From: Prevotella sp.
GTDB taxonomy: Bacteria > Bacteroidota > Bacteroidia > Bacteroidales > Dysgonomonadaceae
Direction of reading: 5' to 3'
NCBI GenBank assembly: GCA_031285625.1
Contig: JAITVV010000095.1
Coordinates: 259,282-323,281 of the forward strand
Length of the DNA: 64,000 nt
Shown piece by piece: positions 48,860 to 57,910 of this stretch; the first letter of the stretch is position 1, and the number at the start of each line of letters is the position of its first letter. A program made the position numbers and the translations under genes. The notes beneath the pieces are model-generated. The model did not search any database and was not told where the DNA came from. It saw nothing but the letters and a program-made list of their open reading frames with translations.

Positions 48860-50980
48860 TTACACCCCTACCCAGCCATCTACGCTGACCATACTTTCCT
48901 GTACTTTGGCGATATCCGTTACTGCTACTTTTGGCTCGATACGGATAGACTGAATAGCTTTTATCAAGTTCTCATTATCAATATTAGCCACTGGTTCTAC
49001 AGCTGGCAATTGTCCTCCATCGGCAAACATACGCTTAAAGGAGGGTTCTGTACTTTGCAACGAACGTGAAAAATAGGTATTGAGATCACTTGGAGACAGT
49101 TCGCGCCGTTGCTCATTGATATACTTCACCAATCCCAGATTCTTATTTGTAGACACACGGTTGACCACATATTCACCGCCTTCTACTTCCATATTGGTAC
49201 CTTCTATACGCATACCTCCTTGTGCATGGCGTTTGCCTCGGAGTAGTCCTCCGTCTTCAAATTTGGCTAGTTGTGCCGTCATTATCTTTAACTGCATAGC
49301 ACCGTTTAAAGCTACTAATGCAGCCAATGGAGGACCAAGTATCGGGCCTTTTCCCCATGCTGTAGCAACACCTTTGGCAATCTCCTTTGTCGCTGTAGCA
49401 ATATCAAGTACAAGTTGAGCTTTTGCCTTTATTTTTTCCAGTTTTTCGAGTTTTTCTTTTCTTTTTTGTGCTTTTTCTGCTATTTCCGCATCTTTTTTAG
49501 CTTTTTCTTCTTCAAGTTTCTTCTTGTCGTCCTCTATGCGCATCTGTTCTAATAAAACACTGCGATTGCTCTCTGTTATTCTATTGTTAGCATTTTCTAT
49601 TGTTGATTGTTTATTTTCTACAATTTCCTCTTCTGCTTTAGCAAGTTTGTCTAACTCTTCTATCCTTTCATATGCCGCCTTAATTTCTTCTTCCGATGCA
49701 TCAGCTACCGGCACAACATCACTTTTTTCAGAGCTATCTTTACTTTCAGAATCAGTATCTGTTGGAATTTCGGCAGTTAAACTTTGCAGAGTATTCGTAG
49801 ATTCTTCAGGTTTATTAACATCCTCTTTTTTCTCATCAGCATTTGGATTCTTTACCTTGAAAGAATCTTCTATTTTTTTTATATCGTTTTTATATTTTTC
49901 TGCCTTTATTTTTGCTTCTGCCTGTTCTTTTTCTGCTTTTTCTTTTTCTTTTTCATATTTTGAGGCTTCAGCTCTTACTTCTTCCAGTTCCTTATCCAGC
50001 TTTTCTAATTTCTTTTTATACTTTTCGTCATTGGCAGCTTTTTCTTTTGTTTCTAAATCTGTGATGCCTTTTTCCAGTAGCGTTACACTTTCTGTTATGC
50101 CTTTTGCAAAATCATGGAATCCATAAGTACTATCTTTTAGAAACTTATCAAAACCACCCTCATTATCCTTGACAAAGTTTTCAAGTTTTGTTTTTATTTC
50201 ACCATGTTGTGTATTCCAAATATCCAGATAAGATTTGTTTGATTCTTTAATAGTTTTATCGGTTTCTAGTATTTTTTTTTGCAATTCTTCCAGTGCTTTT
50301 TCTTTGTCCTTCTGTTTCTGCTTAAATTGTTCACTATCTTCGGCATACTGAGAGATTACACTGCTATAATATAACTTGGTTTGTACACCTGCCACCTCCA
50401 GTTCCTCTTTATATTTTTTAAGCACGGCTACACGTTCTTCCGCCCTTTCTTTGTATGCTTTGAGGTTAAGGATACCAATCTTCTTTTCTTTTTCAGCTTC
50501 GTCTTCTGTTTTTTCAGTCGATTCTTTAAGTGATTTTGCAACTAATTCTTTATTTTTCGCTAATTGCTGTTCCAGCCTTGTTGTTTGTACTTCACTTTTT
50601 GCCGTTATTTTGTCTATGTAGGCTTCCATCACCGTAGATGCTTCTATTGCTTTTATTTTAATGGAAGATAAGCCGGAATCGGCAGATTTTCCCATACTCT
50701 CAGCCAGTTTTTCTCCGGCTTCTATATTTTTTTCTATAGCCTGCCCCGCGTGTGTGCTCAGTTCGGTGATTATTGCTTCTATCTTCGCCATTTGCAAAGC
50801 GATGTATTCTATTACATCTTTTAGCTCATTTTTGTAAGTGTCTGCTACATCTTTTGCTGTAACGGACATACCTTTTGCTTTTACATCTACCTTCTCTAAA
50901 CTGTTACTTAACTTTTCTACATTTTCAGTACTTTTTTCTACTCCATTAACGAGTAGTGTAAATTCTTTTTTATCTGCCAT
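48860..50980 (-). CDS. Tail tape measure protein
   Basis: Long K/E coiled coil, hydrophobic GPILGPPLAALVA segment, C-terminal KFEDGGLL.G..HAQGG...EVEGGEYVVNR and FADGG motifs. Confidence 0.75.
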   Translation of the reverse strand: MADKKEFTLLVNGVEKSTENVEKLSNSLEKVDVKAKGMSVTAKDVADTYKNELKDVIEYIALQMAKIEAIITELSTHAGQAIEKNIEAGEKLAESMGKSADSGLSSIKIKAIEASTVMEAYIDKITAKSEVQTTRLEQQLAKNKELVAKSLKESTEKTEDEAEKEKKIGILNLKAYKERAEERVAVLKKYKEELEVAGVQTKLYYSSVISQYAEDSEQFKQKQKDKEKALEELQKKILETDKTIKESNKSYLDIWNTQHGEIKTKLENFVKDNEGGFDKFLKDSTYGFHDFAKGITESVTLLEKGITDLETKEKAANDEKYKKKLEKLDKELEEVRAEASKYEKEKEKAEKEQAEAKIKAEKYKNDIKKIEDSFKVKNPNADEKKEDVNKPEESTNTLQSLTAEIPTDTDSESKDSSEKSDVVPVADASEEEIKAAYERIEELDKLAKAEEEIVENKQSTIENANNRITESNRSVLLEQMRIEDDKKKLEEEKAKKDAEIAEKAQKRKEKLEKLEKIKAKAQLVLDIATATKEIAKGVATAWGKGPILGPPLAALVALNGAMQLKIMTAQLAKFEDGGLLRGKRHAQGGMRIEGTNMEVEGGEYVVNRVSTNKNLGLVKYINEQRRELSPSDLNTYFSRSLQSTEPSFKRMFADGGQLPAVEPVANIDNENLIKAIQSIRIEPKVAVTDIAKVQESMVSVDGWVGV

Positions 50981-51103
50981 AATATTTCTTTTTTTAGTAA
51001 ACTTATTACCTGCTATTAGACAAATCTGAAAAAATTCGATAACGGCTTAAACTGTATGCTAGTTTATAAGTCTATATTTGTAGAAATTAATAATTATACA
51101 CAT

Positions 51104-51544
51104 ATGAAAACAAAAACAGACCTATACACCAAAATTGTACTGACAGTAATAGCCGTATTCTTAGGAATAATAATAGTAAAAGACATAGACATTGTATCCA
51201 AGGCTCAGGCGGGCGAAGTCATCAACCTCTCTGGTCAGGGTAATGCAATCCATCAGGAAAGGATAACGGAGGACTTTGAAGACTATTATGCAGTAAATGA
51301 TACTTATGTGTTTTACAACGGAGTAGAAATAGAGGGAGCCAGCGGGCGTCGCTTCGAACTATTAAAGGATGGCTACACAAAGGATAATAACTATGTGTAC
51401 TACAAAGGGAAAAAGGTAACAAGTGCCAACAAGCAGTTTGAAGTTCTTTCGGGAGGCTATGCCAGAAATGGGATTGCGATATTCTATAAGGGAAGAGAAA
51501 TAAAAAAGACAAATATGAAAATCGTGGTATTATCGAATAATTAA
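51104..51544 (+). CDS. DKNYY-repeat-like membrane-anchored protein
   Basis: KTDLYTKIVLTVIA anchor; YTKDNNYVYYKG repeats. Confidence 0.7.
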   Translation: MKTKTDLYTKIVLTVIAVFLGIIIVKDIDIVSKAQAGEVINLSGQGNAIHQERITEDFEDYYAVNDTYVFYNGVEIEGASGRRFELLKDGYTKDNNYVYYKGKKVTSANKQFEVLSGGYARNGIAIFYKGREIKKTNMKIVVLSNN

Positions 51545-51560
51545 AATATTAAAGTGAAAT

Positions 51561-51620
51561 ATCCCGACTCTTTTTTCATGAATAAATGAGTCGAGATTCT
51601 TCGTTGCACTCAGAATGACA
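51561..51620. repeat. REP-like element (5'-truncated)
   Basis: ATCCCGACTC...GAGTCGAGATTCTTCGTTGCACTCAGAATGACA. Confidence 0.7.
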
Positions 51621-51665
51621 AAAAGAATGATACTCCGTTCAATATAACAAAGAGATAATAAAGCA

Positions 51666-51699
51666 AATCCCCTGCACTTCTCTCAAGTACAGGGGATTC
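51666..51699. terminator. Terminator hairpin after the portal-adaptor operon
   Basis: AATCCCCTG.AC...GT.CAGGGGATT between convergent genes. Confidence 0.7.
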
Positions 51700-51703
51700 T
51701 TTT

Positions 51704-52249
51704 TCAGCAGCAGCCTTTCTTCTTTTTCTGGAAATAAAATCCGCTATCGAAATCTTTCTGTGCCGATCCTTCATTTATCACCTCGTTGCAACAGGCATTC
51801 TGAGGACGCCACAACGGATAATTTGCGCGGCAATGGCACATAAAGTCTATCAACTGGCTCACCAGTATCCCGGCATCATCTTTTAACCATTGGCGAAGCT
51901 GTGCAAGGTCTTTGATATCAATGCCTTTGCTATTATCACTTTCGCGGATGGTGATACCCTTGTTTACGATGGTGGCCCAGTGGAACGGCAATGCCTGATA
52001 GACCGCGTAGAACGACAGGGCGGGAGCCGTGCGGAGTATCAGGTCGCTGTTTTCGGGGGTAAGGCTGTTAGCTGTGATCTGCTGCTTGAGTTCGGTCATC
52101 AGCGGTTCGCCCAGTATGGGTTCTATATGCAGTTCCTGTGCGATACAGATATAAGGCACAAACTCGGTGATGTCGGTGTTGGAGGTCACAGGAGAATACT
52201 GCTTAAAGAGCTTCTCTGTGATAAGTGGTATTTGTATATACTCGGTCAT
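51704..52249 (-). CDS. Head-tail adaptor/connector, putative
   Basis: Follows the portal; PYI..AQE..I..ILG..L..EL, YPLW motifs; start set at MTEYIQ. Confidence 0.6.
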   Translation of the reverse strand: MTEYIQIPLITEKLFKQYSPVTSNTDITEFVPYICIAQELHIEPILGEPLMTELKQQITANSLTPENSDLILRTAPALSFYAVYQALPFHWATIVNKGITIRESDNSKGIDIKDLAQLRQWLKDDAGILVSQLIDFMCHCRANYPLWRPQNACCNEVINEGSAQKDFDSGFYFQKKKKGCC

Positions 52250-52333
52250 AATACTTAATTTGAAAATATGAAAATTAGCAAATATGAAAATGATTATTGT
52301 CACTTTGTGCCAATTTGCTAATATGCTAATTTA

Positions 52334-53425
52334 TTAATTGGCTAATTGTTCTACTATCTCCAGATCGTCTATTTCCAGCTGCTTATAGCCGTTATTGATC
52401 GTAAAAATACTGAGTGTGTCTATGATCTTGCGGCGAAGCTGATGTATCACTGTCTGGTTGTAAAGCACAAAAGAATTGATAATCTCATTGGCATTTCCCG
52501 ACAGGTTGCCCGATCCCGACAGCCCTGCCAGCGTAGGCGAAGTAAGGCGGTGTGCCGATATGATTTTCTGGAAGATGATTTCGTCCACATTATTGTACAG
52601 ATCGGCATTGTTGCTAGCTGTGTACGATGTCACCACAGGCTTTATTTCCTGGCTTTCACCCCAAAGCACTACAATGCTGTTTGCGCCGTTTGTTCCGGCA
52701 TAGCTTTGCTCTATATCCTTTTGGAACTGCTCTTTCTGTTCCTCGCTCGGGTTGCTCGGCATAGTAATAATGGTGGAAGGCACAAAGCCATTGTTGATAG
52801 AGTTGCGGTAAAATTTACCCAAAAGTCCGTCTGCCTCTATATAGTTGAATGCAGAATAATACTGAGGCACAGGATAATAATCGAGACTCGGCGCATAGTC
52901 TTTATAATAAAACAAGTATGGCACACCCTTTTGCATCTCTTCCGCGCCATAGGCTTTTATCTCTGCCGGCGCATACTTTCCGGTAGTTCGTTTCCAGTCG
53001 TTGGACAGGTAGAAGCTGAGGTATACGCCATATTCGTTCACCTGCCCTACCCTGATCTTGCTAAAGTCGGTATGGTAAACGCTTATACTCTTGCCGTTTT
53101 CGTTCAGTATCACCTGAAAGCAATATCCGCCAAAGGTGACATAGTCGCGCGCTACTTTTTCTATCAGGCTGTCCCAGTCGTCGACAGGATTGGGCTGCCC
53201 GTAGTATTGCCCGTCTTTTACTCCTGCACCGCAAATATAGGTCACTTTGTTTTCTATTACCGCCTTGTTGATAGCCGACTCATTGTTGAGTTCGATAATA
53301 CGCTGAGGGAGGAGGTTGTCGCGGTCATAGTTTATCCACCCTTTGGTACTCTTGGTAAATGTAGGATACGTCCTGATGGTATCCGACAGTTTGATTACTG
53401 TGTATTTCTTTTCTTCTATACCCAT
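52334..53425 (-). CDS. Portal protein
   Basis: W..Y..DN..P, DYVTFGG, YYPVPQY....YIEAD, NSINNGFVP, GTNGAN, IISAHRLTSP.L.G portal motifs. Confidence 0.82.
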   Translation of the reverse strand: MGIEEKKYTVIKLSDTIRTYPTFTKSTKGWINYDRDNLLPQRIIELNNESAINKAVIENKVTYICGAGVKDGQYYGQPNPVDDWDSLIEKVARDYVTFGGYCFQVILNENGKSISVYHTDFSKIRVGQVNEYGVYLSFYLSNDWKRTTGKYAPAEIKAYGAEEMQKGVPYLFYYKDYAPSLDYYPVPQYYSAFNYIEADGLLGKFYRNSINNGFVPSTIITMPSNPSEEQKEQFQKDIEQSYAGTNGANSIVVLWGESQEIKPVVTSYTASNNADLYNNVDEIIFQKIISAHRLTSPTLAGLSGSGNLSGNANEIINSFVLYNQTVIHQLRRKIIDTLSIFTINNGYKQLEIDDLEIVEQLAN

Positions 53426-53451
53426 ATTTTTATGATGTTGTTAATTACATC

Positions 53452-53487
53452 AATAGATAAATTGGGTAAAAAATGATGAAAGGGAGA
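53452..53487 (-). promoter_or_regulatory. Candidate late promoter upstream of the portal
   Basis: TCTCCCTTTCATCAT-N13-TATCTA on the minus strand; matches 54361-54397 (+). Confidence 0.55.
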
Positions 53488-53623
53488 AATATTCTTCACA
53501 CTTCATTGTTTATTTTATATAATTTTAAAAAAATAATATATATATTTACTTTTCGAGTTTAGACCAAAATAAGCGGAGTTGAAAAGCCTAACTAAATTAA
53601 TATTAACTAAAAGAGTTATTATC

Positions 53624-54169
53624 ATGAAAAATTTGAAAGTAGTTGTTTATTTTTTATTTAGTCTTTTCCTTATTTCAGGTTGTAGCAATAGCGTAAATGA
53701 AGAATATGAGGATAACAATGAGATTGCGAAACAACAGGAAGTAGTCTACGAATACTTTGTAGATGCAGATAGCCTGGTTGTACATACAGATCCTGGTACA
53801 AAAGCAGAAAAACAACCTGATATACCAAAACCTGGAGGTGGTGGTGGAGATAGTGGTACCGGATCTCCGTGCTGGTGTATGGAACCCCCTCAGATTCTCC
53901 ATGTGGAAAGACAGGTTGCTGTTGGAGAAAGAATACAAATAACTTTTGGTGGCGCATCAAAAGTAACCTATCAAGGTGTCGGTGGCGGATTGAGTTTTGC
54001 CGTGGCTAATGGGGTTGGTACACTTACTATTCTAAAAAAAGGCGTATATACTAATTTCGAAACAACCGCATGGAGAAAACAATGTGATTATACTGAAGTC
54101 GTTCATTGTCCAACATATACAACAAAATGGAGAATTGTTGCTGATTTACCTGTCCCTAGCAGAGAGTAA
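53624..54169 (+). CDS. Cys-containing hypothetical lipoprotein
   Basis: Lipobox ISGC; Gly-rich linker; own terminator at 54213-54240. Confidence 0.65.
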   Translation: MKNLKVVVYFLFSLFLISGCSNSVNEEYEDNNEIAKQQEVVYEYFVDADSLVVHTDPGTKAEKQPDIPKPGGGGGDSGTGSPCWCMEPPQILHVERQVAVGERIQITFGGASKVTYQGVGGGLSFAVANGVGTLTILKKGVYTNFETTAWRKQCDYTEVVHCPTYTTKWRIVADLPVPSRE

Positions 54170-54269
54170 TCATCTAAAATTCTCTCAATCGCGATCAAAC
54201 TAATAAGATTAAGAAATGCTTCACTACTGGTGGAGCATTTCTATTTGTTATTATGTAAAAATATAATCT

Positions 54270-54335
54270 TGTCATGCTGAGTGTAACGAAGCATCTCTTG
54301 TCTCCTTTCCTTTATAAATGAGTCGGGATATGACA
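54270..54335. repeat. REP-like palindromic element
   Basis: TGTCATGCTGAGTGTAACGAAGCATCTC...GGGATATGACA. Confidence 0.75.
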
Positions 54336-54360
54336 AAGAGAGTAAAAGATTGCGTCAAAA

Positions 54361-54397
54361 TCTCCCTTTTTATCATCTTCCCACAAAATTATCTATA
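54361..54397 (+). promoter_or_regulatory. Candidate late promoter upstream of the tail chaperone
   Basis: TCTCCCTTTTTATCAT-N13-TATCTA. Confidence 0.55.
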
Positions 54398-54418
54398 AGT
54401 AACAAATTTAATTTACTT

Positions 54419-55111
54419 ATGATAAAAGTTGAGTTTAACGACCTGAAACTGGAAATCCCCGAAAGCTGGGGAGAGATAAAACTGTCTACCTACGAGCGGT
54501 ATTATATGCAAAGCCCCAAGACAAAGATGGAGCAGGTAGCTTTTATTGCCGGGCTGTGCAATATCGATATAGATATCCTCTTGGAATCACCCGCACAAGT
54601 ATTCAATACCATAGCAGGCATCACCGATTTTGTATTCGACAATGAGCTGCCACCATCCAACAAAGTGAAAATAGGCAGCACAGAATATTTCATCTCCTTT
54701 GCCGACAAATTAACACTTGGCGAATGGGTAGATGCAGAAAATGTGATCAGTAGCGAAAGTGAATATAAGTTATCGGAACTGCTGGCTATCCTTTGCCGCC
54801 CCATTGGCGAGAAGTATAATCCCGATCTGGCAACCGGAAGAGCTGAAATGTTCAGAAACCTTCGTTGTGACAAAGCGCTGCCGTTGATCAGTTTTTTTTT
54901 ATTCAAAAAGAAAAGATCAGAAGAGATTTTGAACCACTATTCGACGGTAATGGCTCAGGCCGACCAGTTTCTAAAGGATACAAAAGCTTTTGCAGCAAAT
55001 GGGGATGGTATAAAACTATTGCCGATCTGGCAGAGGATAAGATATACTTATTTGATACGATCACTGGAAAAACAGTTGGCGAAGTGTTCGGATTTCTCCT
55101 CTACAAGATAG
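54419..55111 (+). CDS. Tail assembly chaperone (gpG-like, 0-frame product)
   Basis: IPESWGEIKL, LTLGEWVDAE, LAILCRP motifs; T9A slippery run at FFL. Confidence 0.7.
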   Translation: MIKVEFNDLKLEIPESWGEIKLSTYERYYMQSPKTKMEQVAFIAGLCNIDIDILLESPAQVFNTIAGITDFVFDNELPPSNKVKIGSTEYFISFADKLTLGEWVDAENVISSESEYKLSELLAILCRPIGEKYNPDLATGRAEMFRNLRCDKALPLISFFLFKKKRSEEILNHYSTVMAQADQFLKDTKAFAANGDGIKLLPIWQRIRYTYLIRSLEKQLAKCSDFSSTR

Positions 55112-55167
55112 ATAAGTCCCGTGCCGAAGAGGATCAGTATAAGTTTGAGAAACAGGTGAGGAGGTAG
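54892..55167 (+). CDS. Tail assembly chaperone gpT-like segment reached by -1 frameshift
   Basis: Open -1 frame after T9: FIQKEKIRRDFEPLF...KWGWYKTIADLAEDKIYLFDTITGKTVGEVFGFLLYKID...VRR*; no ATG of its own. Confidence 0.72.
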   Translation, partial: FFFIQKEKIRRDFEPLFDGNGSGRPVSKGYKSFCSKWGWYKTIADLAEDKIYLFDTITGKTVGEVFGFLLYKIDKSRAEEDQYKFEKQVRR

Positions 55168-55217
55168 AAGCAAATTGCTTATAGCTGTTAGCAATAAAAC
55201 CGGCTAACAGCTGAGTA

Positions 55218-56678
55218 TCAGAAATCCATCACATCCTCAAACAGATAATCCAGCTTATTGAAATCCACCTTATCCCCATACACTTGCTTTGCAGGTTCGA
55301 GCAGTTTTGTTAACACATCACCGATATCTTCACGCAACATTGTATCTATCCAATGCGTACGCTTATCCATCTTATTGAATTCTTCGGTATATTCCGTTAC
55401 CATCTTTTCCAATTCCTCTTGCATCCTTTCCGGTGAAGGGTTCTCCTTTATCAGTTTATCTATTTGCTTATTTAGCTTTATATACAAGTTTGCAGCGTTC
55501 TTGGCATGCGTTGGTGAAATATAATCTTCCCCATCCCAATGCCGGAAAGGATTGTTAAGATTCGCCTCCAGCCATTCGGGCTTACGTCCTTTGGTAATCC
55601 ACAAGTCGATGCCTTTGTATTCCTTCTTCACTTTTTTGGCTACATCGTCGGGAATACTGTCCATCCATATACTGGTTATATCCGGAAAATCTTTCCTTGA
55701 AGGGAAATTATCAGCCGTAAATCCAAATATATCGCGCAGGGTGAGCCTCCTCAGATTTTTCAATAACGATATCTTTTCCATATTGACGATATAATCGGGC
55801 TTTCCCCATATACGCAGTACTTTGAGGTTAGGCAGGTTTGCGGCAATCTCACCTATATCTACTTTGGTCTGGCCATCGCCACCTATCCAAAGTTCCGTAA
55901 TATTGAGATCGCGAAACAAATACAGTCGGTTTGTATTTTGCACATGCAAGTCAAAAGATCGGTTTTTAGATGTTGGCAGTATCTTTATATCACTATCAAT
56001 AGATTCTAAAAATGATAATTCGCTCAGGCAGTCGTTCAGTATTATTTCCTCAACGCCTTTACCATCTGTTTTAAAAGTAGTTAAGCAGCTTTTAGAAAGA
56101 TCGAGCACTTTCTCCTGCGCATTTTTCCAGATCAGTTCCGTTATATTACGATGTGTGTTCAGATACTCTGTCAGCCATGTTTTTTGTCCGTCAACTTCAA
56201 TCTTAGTGAGGCCGGGATATGCAGTATCCAGTTCCGCGCCATCTGCTATTCTCTGCATACTTGTCGAAACTATATTAGACCCAATGCCTTTCAGCCTTTT
56301 ATAATTCTCACGAAAAGATTCGGGCAACTCTTCCCATGCTTTTTGCAATGAGATCTGTAAGCAGCTGTAATACCAGCTTCCGGCTTTGGTTAATTCTTCA
56401 TCAGGGTGAGCGAGTACTTCTCTATTTCCTGCAAAAGAGTAGTTATCCGGGATATCTCCTTTACAAAGCATGCATGTATATTCGCCTTTCCAGCTATGAT
56501 GATCTTTCCAGAATGGCTTTATCGTATTTATATCTTTATCTGACAAAGGATTATCATCCCAATAGGATAATGCCAATAACAGATATTCCTGTTTATCAGT
56601 ATCGATATTTATGATCTGAAGCGCAGTGTATTTCTTTTTGTCTTTATTGTAATAGTTATAGATATCTCCCTTTTGCAT
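55218..56678 (-). CDS. Hypothetical protein with LRR-like central region
   Basis: LPNLKVLRIW, LKNLRRLTL repeats; opposite strand to flanking tail genes. Confidence 0.65.
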   Translation of the reverse strand: MQKGDIYNYYNKDKKKYTALQIINIDTDKQEYLLLALSYWDDNPLSDKDINTIKPFWKDHHSWKGEYTCMLCKGDIPDNYSFAGNREVLAHPDEELTKAGSWYYSCLQISLQKAWEELPESFRENYKRLKGIGSNIVSTSMQRIADGAELDTAYPGLTKIEVDGQKTWLTEYLNTHRNITELIWKNAQEKVLDLSKSCLTTFKTDGKGVEEIILNDCLSELSFLESIDSDIKILPTSKNRSFDLHVQNTNRLYLFRDLNITELWIGGDGQTKVDIGEIAANLPNLKVLRIWGKPDYIVNMEKISLLKNLRRLTLRDIFGFTADNFPSRKDFPDITSIWMDSIPDDVAKKVKKEYKGIDLWITKGRKPEWLEANLNNPFRHWDGEDYISPTHAKNAANLYIKLNKQIDKLIKENPSPERMQEELEKMVTEYTEEFNKMDKRTHWIDTMLREDIGDVLTKLLEPAKQVYGDKVDFNKLDYLFEDVMDF

Positions 56679-56782
56679 AGTCTTTATTAATAGGTTTAAG
56701 GTGCTTTTTACTATTTCCAAAGTTAGGTATTAATTATTTTCCTGAAAATTTATCTATTACTAAACACTCAAAAACTTTAGTA

Positions 56783-57331
56783 ATGATAGACAGTATTATA
56801 AACATTTTCAGGCAACAGGCCCGTGAGCATAAGCTAATCAGGGCTTTTTATTATGACCGTAATTACGAACTGGGAAGCGGTAAAGATATGTACCCGTTGT
56901 TTTGGCTCGAAGACCCTGTACGGGGATACAATAAAGACAATACGTTCCTCAACTCGGTCGATTTCTCCATTCTTTTCCTTCCTTCTACCGAAGAGTCGGT
57001 GAGCCATTTGCAAAACCTTGCTTTTTCTACAGGACTGAATATAATAGAACGGATAAAAAAGCACCAGAATACTTTAGGCATCAGCATTTTGCCCGATTGG
57101 GATTATATGACTGTAAGGGATTATTACGACGACAATGCTGCCGGATGCCGCTTCTCGGTAACTTTCACACAGATGAATATGCAAAACCTCTGCCTGATAG
57201 ATGAACAGTTTGATCCGGAGAAGGAATTTGATAAATACAGTCCGATAAAGGACTTTGACATCACTCCGGCGAATAGCTGCGAGATTTTTACAAATAAGTT
57301 CCCTGACTTTGATCTAAAAATAAGAAAATAA
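56783..57331 (+). CDS. Tail terminator/completion-like protein, putative
   Basis: First gene of the neck/tail operon; YPLFWLE and D..AG..F motifs; called from context. Confidence 0.5.
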   Translation: MIDSIINIFRQQAREHKLIRAFYYDRNYELGSGKDMYPLFWLEDPVRGYNKDNTFLNSVDFSILFLPSTEESVSHLQNLAFSTGLNIIERIKKHQNTLGISILPDWDYMTVRDYYDDNAAGCRFSVTFTQMNMQNLCLIDEQFDPEKEFDKYSPIKDFDITPANSCEIFTNKFPDFDLKIRK

Positions 57332-57343
57332 TCTTACCCTCTT

Positions 57344-57426
57344 TGTCATCCTGAGAGTAGCGAAGGATCTCTTTGCTTTTCTCCATGACAAATAAGTCGA
57401 GATGTTTCACTCTGTTCAACATGACA
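57344..57426. repeat. REP-like palindromic element
   Basis: TGTCATCCTGAG...GAGATGTTTCACTCTGTTCAACATGACA. Confidence 0.85.
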
Positions 57427-57436
57427 AAAGAAAACA

Positions 57437-57910
57437 ATGAAATATAAAACAATGAACACTGCCACACAAAAGGTAATAAACGAAATAGCAGCCGACATTC
57501 TCTCACTTGCAAAAGCCGTTTTTAAAGACGACAAAGTGAGCCGCAATACGAAAACTGGCAAGAATGCATTAAAGGAAAGGACAGAAGATATTAAACTCGA
57601 AGTAGATACAAATAATACTGTTATCCGCCTGTTATTCGATGATTATCTCACCTATCTGGAGAATGACCGCCCTCCGCGCAAAGGTAAGCTTCCACCACTG
57701 GACGAACTCCGCGATTGGGCACTGTCTAAGAATATACCGACCGACAATGCCACACTCTTCCTTATTGCCCGTGCCATTTGGCGCGATGGTCACGAAGGAC
57801 GCCCGATTTTGGCAACCATTGAGGAACAGATAGAAAAGAGATTTGAAACCGAGTGGTACGACAAACTATTTGAAGCAACAATTGACGAACTAAATAAATA
57901 TTTTAACTAA
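57437..57910 (+). CDS. Neck / virion morphogenesis protein (HK97 gp10-like), putative
   Basis: Y..YLE..R.P..K.PP...L.DW...K, FLIARAI...G..GRP motifs. Confidence 0.6.
   Translation: MKYKTMNTATQKVINEIAADILSLAKAVFKDDKVSRNTKTGKNALKERTEDIKLEVDTNNTVIRLLFDDYLTYLENDRPPRKGKLPPLDELRDWALSKNIPTDNATLFLIARAIWRDGHEGRPILATIEEQIEKRFETEWYDKLFEATIDELNKYFN

Noticed and set aside
52346-53476. 376-aa plus-strand ORF, and similar shadows at 43619-44224 and 49524-50126
   Set aside because: Antisense to portal, capsid and TMP; no motifs; explained by codon bias on the coding strand.
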